A stretch of DNA of 64,000 nt from an uncultured Candidatus Saccharibacteria bacterium (lineage in GTDB: Bacteria > Patescibacteriota > Minisyncoccia > Phycocordibacterales > Phycocordibacteraceae). Below the pieces are notes generated by a model that worked only from the letters and a program-made list of their open reading frames with translations, did not search any database and had not been told where the DNA came from. The position numbers and the translations under genes are program-made. Every line of letters begins with the position of its first letter. Positions within the stretch are counted from its first letter, which is position 1. Below, piece after piece: positions 29,887-38,892 of this stretch. The DNA lies in NCBI GenBank assembly GCA_964360855.1, contig CAYHXV010000002.1:97-64096 (forward strand), given 5' to 3'.

Positions 29887-29913
29887 GAAATCCGCCCGTG
29901 TGGGGCGGATTTC
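29887..29913 (-). terminator. rnpB terminator
   Basis: GAAATCCGCCC...GGGCGGATTTC. Confidence 0.75.
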
Positions 29914-29923
29914 ACATTGTGCT

Positions 29924-30246
29924 GGACTGGCTCGATAAGCCGAATTCTGTCGTGGAAAACCACGGACGACCATCTATCTGGGACGAGTGTTACCATTCGC
30001 CTCAAGCGGCGCTCCCGATTTCTCGGGCACGGCCTTGCACAGGGGTAAGGATTTAGCCGTTTCACTCTCTCTGTCGCCAGAGAGATTCATCTCAGAGAGA
30101 TGCTTGTTGCTTTCGCTTCAAGCGTCACTGTTCGCACCTCGCGCATTACTGCGGACGGGCGTTACCCGCTACCTTGCTGCTCATAGAGCCTGTGTTCGGA
30201 CTTTCCTCTATATCGTCACCGATACAGCGATCGTCTGAGCCAGTCC
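29924..30246 (-). ncRNA. rnpB: RNase P RNA
   Basis: Minus strand has GAGGAAAGTCCG and ACAGAATTCGGCTTA conserved P4 motifs; P1 GGACTGGCTC/GAGCCAGTCC. Confidence 0.96.
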
Positions 30247-30268
30247 TTTAGAATTATACCACTCTAAA

Positions 30269-30706
30269 CTATTTCTGCCAGTCTGGGGGAAGCGCAATAC
30301 GAGAGCCAATGGTGAAGTTTCGCACTCTAGACTCTCCTGCTCGCAACTCAAGTACCAAACGAACAGGCTCGGGAGATAAGAACTTCTGAGGGTATGAGTC
30401 AGGAGAGACTGAATCTTCAATACCAAGAATAGTGCCGTCTGAAGACAGCCAGAGGATGTCGATGGGTACCAGCATGTCTTTCATCCAGAAGGCGAGTCTT
30501 TCTTCTTTTGGGAATACAAACAGCATGCCGTATCCCTGAGGCACATCAGTTCGACCACTAAGTCCCTTCGCTTGGGCTTCTGGGGTCCGTACGATTTCAA
30601 ACTGCAGTGAAGTATCTATAACCGGCGGGGTCTGGAAAGAAAAAAATACAAAAGCAGCAATAAGTACGGCCCACACGAGAGCAAGAACGATTGCGAGAGT
30701 CTTCAT
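30269..30706 (-). CDS. DUF192 family protein
   Basis: GL..R..GMLFVF, FWMKDM..PIDI, VLEL.AG. Confidence 0.93.
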   Translation of the reverse strand: MKTLAIVLALVWAVLIAAFVFFSFQTPPVIDTSLQFEIVRTPEAQAKGLSGRTDVPQGYGMLFVFPKEERLAFWMKDMLVPIDILWLSSDGTILGIEDSVSPDSYPQKFLSPEPVRLVLELRAGESRVRNFTIGSRIALPPDWQK

Positions 30707-30719
30707 GAGTACAGTAAAG

Positions 30720-30841
30720 CACAAAGCTCCGTATGCGGGGCTTTGTTATGAAGAGAATTCTTTACGGCCTAGTTGTAAAAGTGTTCAGCACAGGGCCGAA
30801 ATAAGCCGTAAAGAGCTCACTTCATAGGAGTTCAAACGTAT
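30720..30841 (-). ncRNA. Candidate small structured RNA
   Basis: Near-consensus promoter, about 21-bp stem and terminator; no ORF. Confidence 0.5.
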
Positions 30842-30847
30842 AAATAT

Positions 30848-30876
30848 ATATTATCATGTTGGGGTTGGTTTGTCAA
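30848..30876 (-). promoter_or_regulatory. sigma70 promoter TTGACA-N17-TAATAT with extended -10 TG
   Basis: Direct sequence match. Confidence 0.7.
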
Positions 30877-30890
30877 TGGTTCGCGAATCC

Positions 30891-31466
30891 TTACAGGGCT
30901 TTCACTCCAAATGCCTCCAATTCTTTCACTAGTCGCCTCAAGGGCAGTCCCATTGCATTAAAAAAGTCTCCTTCTATTTTTTCCACAAGTAGTGCACCGG
31001 TCTCTTGCAAGGCGTAGGCTCCGGCCATACCGAGAGGCTCGCCCGTCTGAATATAGGCCTCGATAATCTCAGGAGATAAGGTTGCCATCATAACTTTAGT
31101 GGCTTCATGGAAAGAAACTTCCTTGCCAGACTCTGTGCCAATGATTGTCACTCCGGTCACAATCTCGTGCTGTTTCCCACTGAGCATTTCTAGCATTTCC
31201 TTAGCGCGTTCGGGTGTCTTCGGCTTTCCCAAGCGGTGATGCTGATACACCACAAAAGTATCAGCAGCTATGATGATTGCATCGGTGTTAGCAGCCGCAA
31301 CTGCCCGGGCCTTGCCTGCTGATAGAAACTCAGCCAGTTCCTCGGCTGGCATGTCCAGAGTCATATCCTCCTCGTAGGAGCTTTCCTGAATTTCGAACGG
31401 AATCAAAGTCTTAGAGAGAATGTCCTTCCTCCGAGGTGAGGTGGACGCGAGGATGACCTTTTTCAT
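30891..31466 (-). CDS. maf: Maf nucleoside triphosphate pyrophosphatase
   Basis: ILASTSPRR, ADT, GKP, LSG..H, AGAY, GLP. Confidence 0.96.
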   Translation of the reverse strand: MKKVILASTSPRRKDILSKTLIPFEIQESSYEEDMTLDMPAEELAEFLSAGKARAVAAANTDAIIIAADTFVVYQHHRLGKPKTPERAKEMLEMLSGKQHEIVTGVTIIGTESGKEVSFHEATKVMMATLSPEIIEAYIQTGEPLGMAGAYALQETGALLVEKIEGDFFNAMGLPLRRLVKELEAFGVKAL

Positions 31467-31513
31467 GACTCCACTATAGATTAGTCCGTAAGATCTTCAA
31501 AGTTCCAATGTAG

Positions 31514-31598
31514 CGGAAACGGAGGGATTCGAACCCTCGAAACCTTTCGGTTTACACGCTTTCCAAGCGTGCGCCATCGACCACTCGGCCACGTTTCC
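31514..31598 (-). tRNA. tRNA-Ser(GGA)
   Basis: Cloverleaf with variable arm; anticodon loop TT-GGA-AA. Confidence 0.96.
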
Positions 31599-31608
31599 TG
31601 TGCTCGAT

Positions 31609-32511
31609 TTATAGCACAGACTCCGCTTCCGTGCCGAGCAGTGCCTTCACCCTGGCCGCAACCGGTGGATGTGTTGCAAAGAGTCCGTTCACAAAATTCA
31701 TTGCTTTGGGGCCATAGGGATTGGCAATGAAGAGGTGCGCAGTTGCGTGACTAGCGTGCTGCATGGGTGCCCCATAGCCACTAATCTTTTGAAGTGCGCG
31801 AGCAAGCCCTTCGGGATAGCGCGTGAGGAGTGCTCCCGAAGCGTCTGCAAGGAACTCTCTGCGGCGACTGATAGCCAGTTGAATCAACTGAGCTGCAATA
31901 GGAGCTAAGACAATTCCCACAATCGCCAGAATCATAAAGAGTCCCCCACGAGAGTTATCTCGATCTCCACCACTAAACGACATGCGCAAGAATATGTCTG
32001 CAAGGATTGCAAGGAATCCTGCGAGTACCACCGCAACGGTCATCACCAGCATGTCTCTGTTTTTTATGTGCGAGAGCTCATGCGCAATCACTCCCTCAAG
32101 CTCTTGCCTATCAAGCAGAGCAAGGAGTCCGGTGGTGGCTGCTACCACCGCGTGCTTCTCATCACGTCCCGTAGCAAAGGCGTTTGGTGCCTCGTCCTCT
32201 ATCACATACAACTTCGGCATCGGGAGTCCTGCCGCTATTGCCATGTTCTCCGTCACAGTATAGAAGTCAAAATACTCGTCTCGATTGGCCGGTTTAGCCC
32301 CAGTCATAGAAAGCACTTGCTTGTCACTAAACCAGTAGCTCCAGACATTCATGAATATGGCAAACGCCATCGCTATGTAGAGAATGCCGGGGGACTCATA
32401 GTACCAGGAGACGGCGTACCCAATAGCGAGCACCACCGCCAAGAACCCCGCCATGAGAAAGGCGGTACGCCATACGTTCTTGGTGCGTTGTTGGTAGAGG
32501 GTAGAGGCCAT
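31609..32511 (-). CDS. htpX: Zinc metalloprotease HtpX (M48)
   Basis: PNAFATG, HELSH, SRRREFLAD, THPP. Confidence 0.96.
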   Translation of the reverse strand: MASTLYQQRTKNVWRTAFLMAGFLAVVLAIGYAVSWYYESPGILYIAMAFAIFMNVWSYWFSDKQVLSMTGAKPANRDEYFDFYTVTENMAIAAGLPMPKLYVIEDEAPNAFATGRDEKHAVVAATTGLLALLDRQELEGVIAHELSHIKNRDMLVMTVAVVLAGFLAILADIFLRMSFSGGDRDNSRGGLFMILAIVGIVLAPIAAQLIQLAISRRREFLADASGALLTRYPEGLARALQKISGYGAPMQHASHATAHLFIANPYGPKAMNFVNGLFATHPPVAARVKALLGTEAESVL

Positions 32512-32513
32512 TG

Positions 32514-32744
32514 TTACATCGCAAACTCTTCAAGTACTTTAATCCGGTGTTTATGATCCTCGATATTTGGAAATACATTGTTATCCAAATATTTCATGTT
32601 TGCATCTGTTTGCGCTGCCACCGCATCCAGTTTTGTTTCGAGCACATCTATTCTGGAGTCCATTTTCTTAAGGTCTGCCTTTACATCGCTGAACCCTTCA
32701 GCCATGAGGCGAGCAAGAAATTCTGTGTCGGTCTCCTTCTCCAT
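32514..32744 (-). CDS. Small coiled-coil hypothetical protein
   Basis: In-operon ORF between lemA and htpX; LA.+.A.GF and heptad pattern. Confidence 0.75.
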   Translation of the reverse strand: MEKETDTEFLARLMAEGFSDVKADLKKMDSRIDVLETKLDAVAAQTDANMKYLDNNVFPNIEDHKHRIKVLEEFAM

Positions 32745-32749
32745 ACTAT

Positions 32750-33313
32750 TTAGAATGATACTGCCACTGGCTCACGAGCTGCTTCCTCTGCAAGCTCAAA
32801 CAGGTCCATGTTCTTGAATCCAAAACTTCCAGCAATAACATTGCCCGGGAAGGATTCAATAGCGGTGTTGAGTGCCATAACGGTCTGGTTGTAGAAACGA
32901 CGAGCTGCCTGAATTTTGTCTTCAGTATCTGCAAGTTCCTTCTGGAGCTGCAGGAAGTTCTGATTGGCTTTCAAGTCTGGATACGCTTCTGCAATAGCAA
33001 AGATGGACTTGAGTGCGCCCGAGAGCATGTTCTCGGCTTCGGCGTGCTGTGCTGGTGTGGCCGTAGCACCAACTCCCATAGCAGCAGCGCGTGCCTCAGA
33101 CACCTTCTCAAATGCACTCGCTTCGTGTGCTGCGTATCCCTTCACCGTGTTCATCAGGTTTGGGATAAGGTCATAACGACGTTTAAGCTGTACATCGATA
33201 TCTGCCCATGCTTCCTTGGCCTGATTGCGCTTAGCAATGAATCCGTTAAAGGAAGCTGAGACCCAGAGCACGAACACTAAGAGAATGCCGAGAACTATGT
33301 ATAGGGTAGTCAT
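32750..33313 (-). CDS. lemA: LemA family protein
   Basis: IDVQLKRRYDLIPNL, EAYPDLKANQNF, RRFYN, FP. Confidence 0.97.
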   Translation of the reverse strand: MTTLYIVLGILLVFVLWVSASFNGFIAKRNQAKEAWADIDVQLKRRYDLIPNLMNTVKGYAAHEASAFEKVSEARAAAMGVGATATPAQHAEAENMLSGALKSIFAIAEAYPDLKANQNFLQLQKELADTEDKIQAARRFYNQTVMALNTAIESFPGNVIAGSFGFKNMDLFELAEEAAREPVAVSF

Positions 33314-33500
33314 ATAGATACATTGTAGAACGAGAGATTAGAAACGCAAGTAATCCTCTGGTTGTGAAATGCACGCCGAATGATACATTCATGCAGGGAA
33401 AGGGAGGAATCGACTTTGGAATTCATTCGCATGTTCGCCTGTACCGTTGTCGGACTCACCGACAACTACGACACTGAACAAGCTAGAAGGAGAATCTGAC

Positions 33501-33611
33501 ATGCCCTGGTGGATACCTATTTGCATCCTTGCTGGCGTTGGCGTGGTCGGTTTTGCCGTGTACGTCATCTATGTCTTCATGGATGAACGGTGGAATGGGG
33601 ACCGGAGTTAA
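33501..33611 (+). CDS. 36-aa single-TM micro-protein (MPWWIPICILAGVGVVGFAVYVIYVFMDERWNGDRS)
   Basis: AAGGAG SD, hydrophobic helix, terminator downstream. Confidence 0.6.
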   Translation: MPWWIPICILAGVGVVGFAVYVIYVFMDERWNGDRS

Positions 33612-33632
33612 GCAGCTCCGCCACTTTTACCG

Positions 33633-33670
33633 AAAACGCCCCGGACCAAAAATCCGGGGCGCATCGTTTT
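33633..33670. terminator. Bidirectional terminator (groEL and micro-protein)
   Basis: CGCCCCGGA...TCCGGGGCG with A/T-rich flanks. Confidence 0.7.
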
Positions 33671-33686
33671 AAATAGGGAAGTCAGA

Positions 33687-35643
<1,957 letters not shown>

Positions 35644-35727
35644 AAAGAAATAACGCTCTTAGAGAGATTAGTAAGAACGCTTGAAGCAGCGTTGTCGACA
35701 ACTGCCCTTTCCAGGTGACTGGAAAAG

Positions 35728-35736
35728 TTATCCACA
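35728..35736 (+). promoter_or_regulatory. Perfect DnaA box TTATCCACA at the groES promoter
   Basis: Exact 9-mer adjoining the minus-strand -10 element TATACT. Confidence 0.4.
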
Positions 35737-35904
35737 GTATAGAGCGGGAGAGATTTGCGTCAAATTATTTGAAGTTTCTGCATGCGACGCGCTATGCAAG
35801 ACCGTAATCCAGCACACTCTGGACGCATGGATACTGGATTTCGGCAGAGGGAAACCGTGATCGCCCTCGTACTCGCCTAATACCACTCATAGTGTATATG
35901 AAAA

Positions 35905-35932
35905 TCGCCCCGCATGTTGCCATGCGGGGCGA
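35905..35932 (-). terminator. Perfect 12-bp hairpin with GCAA loop (terminator or DGR cis element)
   Basis: TCGCCCCGCATG-GCAA-CATGCGGGGCGA-TTTT. Confidence 0.8.
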
Positions 35933-35984
35933 AGGACATAGTCCAAAGTTTCAGAGTGCGAACCGAGGGTTCGAGTTCGAAGTG

Positions 35985-36623
35985 CTAACTGGCGAAGCGG
36001 AGCGCCGGACGGCCCTCGTTGAAGACGCGGGCGAGCCAGGACCAGTTGAGCTTGACCTGGCCGCCGTCCTCGAAGAGGTACGGCACACTCAGGCGGCCGA
36101 AGCGGTCCCGAACGACGGACTTCCAGCCGAAGACGGCCTTGCCGGCGAAGTACTTCTGGAAGGTTTCGACGGGGAGCTTCTGGATGGCCTGCAAATCGGC
36201 AAGGCCGAGGCATCCTTCCAGCATGCTGCCCACCTTCAGGTGCTCGTGGATGCGATTGCCCACAACCCGACCGCCGTTCTTCTGGCCGTCGTGCAGCCAC
36301 TGAACGATCTTGCCGAGATCATAGTCGGAGAGCCCGGAGCGCTCGAGCGCCAGGAATTCCGGCGTGTTGATGTACGCCTGATCCACCCAGTCAGGGTAGA
36401 CGGGACGAACGGAGCGATCCACGTGGACCGGGATCTTCATCCTCGTCTTCCTCGGCATGGGCGTGGCGAGCGGACACAGAGCACTCGCAAGCGCCGTGGC
36501 CAGCTTGTCGCTGTTCTGCTCCCAGAGGAGCGCGGCTTCTGGCGATATGTTGCGAGGCGCGGCCTTGATCAGTGCCGCGTGCCAGTTCGCTTGTTGGCCA
36601 AGCGAAAGGGTTTTCTCGGTCAT
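35985..36623 (-). CDS. Probable DGR variable (target) protein of the CPR C-type-lectin-fold-like family
   Basis: C-terminus VFGWKSVVRDRFGRLSVPYLFEDGGQVKLNWSWLARVFNEGRPALRFAS; NNY codons at putative variable sites; downstream hairpins; AAGGAAGG SD. Confidence 0.72.
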   Translation of the reverse strand: MTEKTLSLGQQANWHAALIKAAPRNISPEAALLWEQNSDKLATALASALCPLATPMPRKTRMKIPVHVDRSVRPVYPDWVDQAYINTPEFLALERSGLSDYDLGKIVQWLHDGQKNGGRVVGNRIHEHLKVGSMLEGCLGLADLQAIQKLPVETFQKYFAGKAVFGWKSVVRDRFGRLSVPYLFEDGGQVKLNWSWLARVFNEGRPALRFAS

Positions 36624-36668
36624 CGAGGTGTTCCTTCCTTGGTGCCAATGGATTCCGAAAGATTTCGG

Positions 36669-36719
36669 TTCGCCATAGCAGAAAACAGCCTAGACAAAGC
36701 TCCTTTCTGCTATGGCGAA
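36669..36719. repeat. Perfect 16-bp inverted repeat in the leader of the DGR-target-like gene
   Basis: TTCGCCATAGCAGAAA-N19-TTTCTGCTATGGCGAA. Confidence 0.85.
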
Positions 36720-36824
36720 TACTCTGAACTATCAAAGAGCTAGTAAATACAGTATACTACACAATAATGGCATTTGTCAACTGTTGCTCCTGCCCTCACC
36801 TCCGTGCTACCCTACCCCCTACAG

Positions 36825-37055
36825 ATGGAAACGCTTAAGGCAGCTCTGCCCTACATCGAGATAACGCTTTCCCTACTCCTAATCGTTGGAATCGTGCTGC
36901 AACAGCGCGGTGCCAACCTCGGAGGGGCTTTTGGTGGCGACAACTTCGCCTCCACCTTCTATAAGCGCCGTGGCGCCGAGAAGTTCCTATTCCAGGCAAC
37001 TATCGTGATTGCTATCTTGTTTGTGGCTAGTGCCGTAGCCGGGTTCCTCATCTAA
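36825..37055 (+). CDS. secG: Preprotein translocase subunit SecG
   Basis: LLI..IVLQQRG..LGGAFGG...RRGAEK.L...T. Confidence 0.93.
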   Translation: METLKAALPYIEITLSLLLIVGIVLQQRGANLGGAFGGDNFASTFYKRRGAEKFLFQATIVIAILFVASAVAGFLI

Positions 37056-37062
37056 CTTATTT

Positions 37063-38793
37063 ATGAAATTGGAGCGTCTTTCACGCTTCCTCGATACTAT
37101 TCCTCTGCGGTGGCTCTACGCACCCGTCCGAAAGGTATCAGGCTATATTCGCACTCTCTCTCCAGGCGATCGATTGATCGTGGGGATTCTTGGCGTGCTG
37201 GTGATTAGTACGAGCGTGGTGGCTACGGTTGCCACCATGCGTTCATTCATGGTGGAGGCTCCTGCAAACGGAGGAAGTCTCCGTGAGGGCTCGGTAGGAA
37301 CTCCAAGATTCGTGAATCCCCTCTTGGCGTTAACCGACGCAGACCGCGACATGTCTGCGCTCACCTTTGCAGGTCTTATGGGTATTGGGAGCGATGGGGT
37401 GCTAGTGCCGGTACTTGCGAGCGAATACAGTGTGTCTCCCGATGGAAAGATATACACTTTTATACTGCGTGATTCCGCTAAGTTTTCTGATGGTTCTCCC
37501 GTTACCGCAGACGACGTTGTCTTCACCGTACAGAAAGCACAAGACCCAAGCCTCAAAAGTCCCGAGTATTCCAACTGGGCAAGTATTCGTGCAGAGGCCG
37601 TGGATGCTCGCACGGTGCGCTTCACCCTGCCCAAGCCCTACGCACCTTTTCTTGCAGACACCACACTAGGCATACTGCCCGCCCACCTCTGGCGCAATGT
37701 TCCGAATGACCAATTCCCCTTCTCTCCCCTCATGCAGCGACCGGTTGGTGCGGGACCGTTCAAGGTCACAAACGTAATTGAAAACAAAGAGGGAACCATT
37801 ACCGGATACGACCTGAAGGCACACCAGGGCTATGCACTTGGTCGTCCGTACTTAGACAGTATCCACATGCGCTTCTATGAGACCCCTACCCTGCTCCAGG
37901 GAGCATATAAGAGTGGTGCTATAGAGAGTGCATACGGGATAGATGCTCCTGACGCACTGCGTGCTCCCTACTCTCGAGTGTTTGGGGTCTTCTTTAATAA
38001 GAAAGAGAACCCAGCTCTAGCAAAACTCGAGGTGCGCAAAGCTCTTTCCATTAGCATCGACCGCGAGCATATCACCACCGACCTACTTGGAGGCTATGCA
38101 ACTCCCCTTATGGGACCGGTTCCAGGCGGCAGCGGCATTATTCCTCCCGCACTCCCAGGACCCCTCACGAGAATTGCAGACGCCAAGAAACTCTTGATGA
38201 ACGCGGGATGGAAATATGATGAAACGGCAGGTACGTGGAAGAATGCGAAAGCGAAGCTCTCTATAGATACGATGGTTATCCGCACCTCGAACGTGCCCGA
38301 ACTCAAGGTTATCGCCACCGCAGTGCAGACAGATTGGCAGAGTCTTGGCGTGCCAACCACTATCGAGCTCTATGAGCCGGGTGACCTCACGCAAGAAGTG
38401 ATTCGTCCGCGCTCCTATGCTGCCCTTCTCTTTGGTATGGTGGTTGGCCGAGAACAAGATCTGTTTGCCTTCTGGGATTCGGGTGAGCAGGCAGACCCCG
38501 GTCTCAACATTGCAAGCTACGCCAACACCAGTGTTGATGCCTTGCTTGAGAAGGCGCGCGCAGAGAGTGACCCCGCAAAAGCGCGCACCTATATACAAAG
38601 TGCAAGCGACAAAATAGCTGCAGACTATCCTGCAGCCTTTACGCATGCACCCGACTTCCTGTATGCTGTACCCAAGACCCTGTACGGCGTCAATCTTCCG
38701 CAGATTGCGGCGCCTGCGGACCGATTCGCAACAGTAGCGACTTGGTACAAAGAGCGTGCGTATGTCTGGCCGTTTCTCGTGCCTGGTCATTAG
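37063..38793 (+). CDS. Peptide ABC transporter substrate-binding protein (family 5), membrane-anchored
   Basis: S.DGKIYTF.LR..KFSDG.PVTADDVVFT, PVGAGPF. Confidence 0.92.
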   Translation: MKLERLSRFLDTIPLRWLYAPVRKVSGYIRTLSPGDRLIVGILGVLVISTSVVATVATMRSFMVEAPANGGSLREGSVGTPRFVNPLLALTDADRDMSALTFAGLMGIGSDGVLVPVLASEYSVSPDGKIYTFILRDSAKFSDGSPVTADDVVFTVQKAQDPSLKSPEYSNWASIRAEAVDARTVRFTLPKPYAPFLADTTLGILPAHLWRNVPNDQFPFSPLMQRPVGAGPFKVTNVIENKEGTITGYDLKAHQGYALGRPYLDSIHMRFYETPTLLQGAYKSGAIESAYGIDAPDALRAPYSRVFGVFFNKKENPALAKLEVRKALSISIDREHITTDLLGGYATPLMGPVPGGSGIIPPALPGPLTRIADAKKLLMNAGWKYDETAGTWKNAKAKLSIDTMVIRTSNVPELKVIATAVQTDWQSLGVPTTIELYEPGDLTQEVIRPRSYAALLFGMVVGREQDLFAFWDSGEQADPGLNIASYANTSVDALLEKARAESDPAKARTYIQSASDKIAADYPAAFTHAPDFLYAVPKTLYGVNLPQIAAPADRFATVATWYKERAYVWPFLVPGH

Positions 38794-38892
38794 CCTGTGG
38801 CTCATGTGTCCTTGCGGACTCCGGAGCTAGCGTCTAGTGACTCCTACCCGAGTTATTACAAATCATTCACTACTCACTAATCAATAGAACTT

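Noticed and set aside
35700-35890. Possible replication origin
   Set aside because: Only one perfect DnaA box, no box cluster or AT-rich unwinding element, and no dnaA nearby
35892-36743. 283-aa plus-strand ORF
   Set aside because: Antisense shadow of the GC-rich minus-strand gene; many similar shadows lie over ftsZ, groL, lepA, typA and the RND permease
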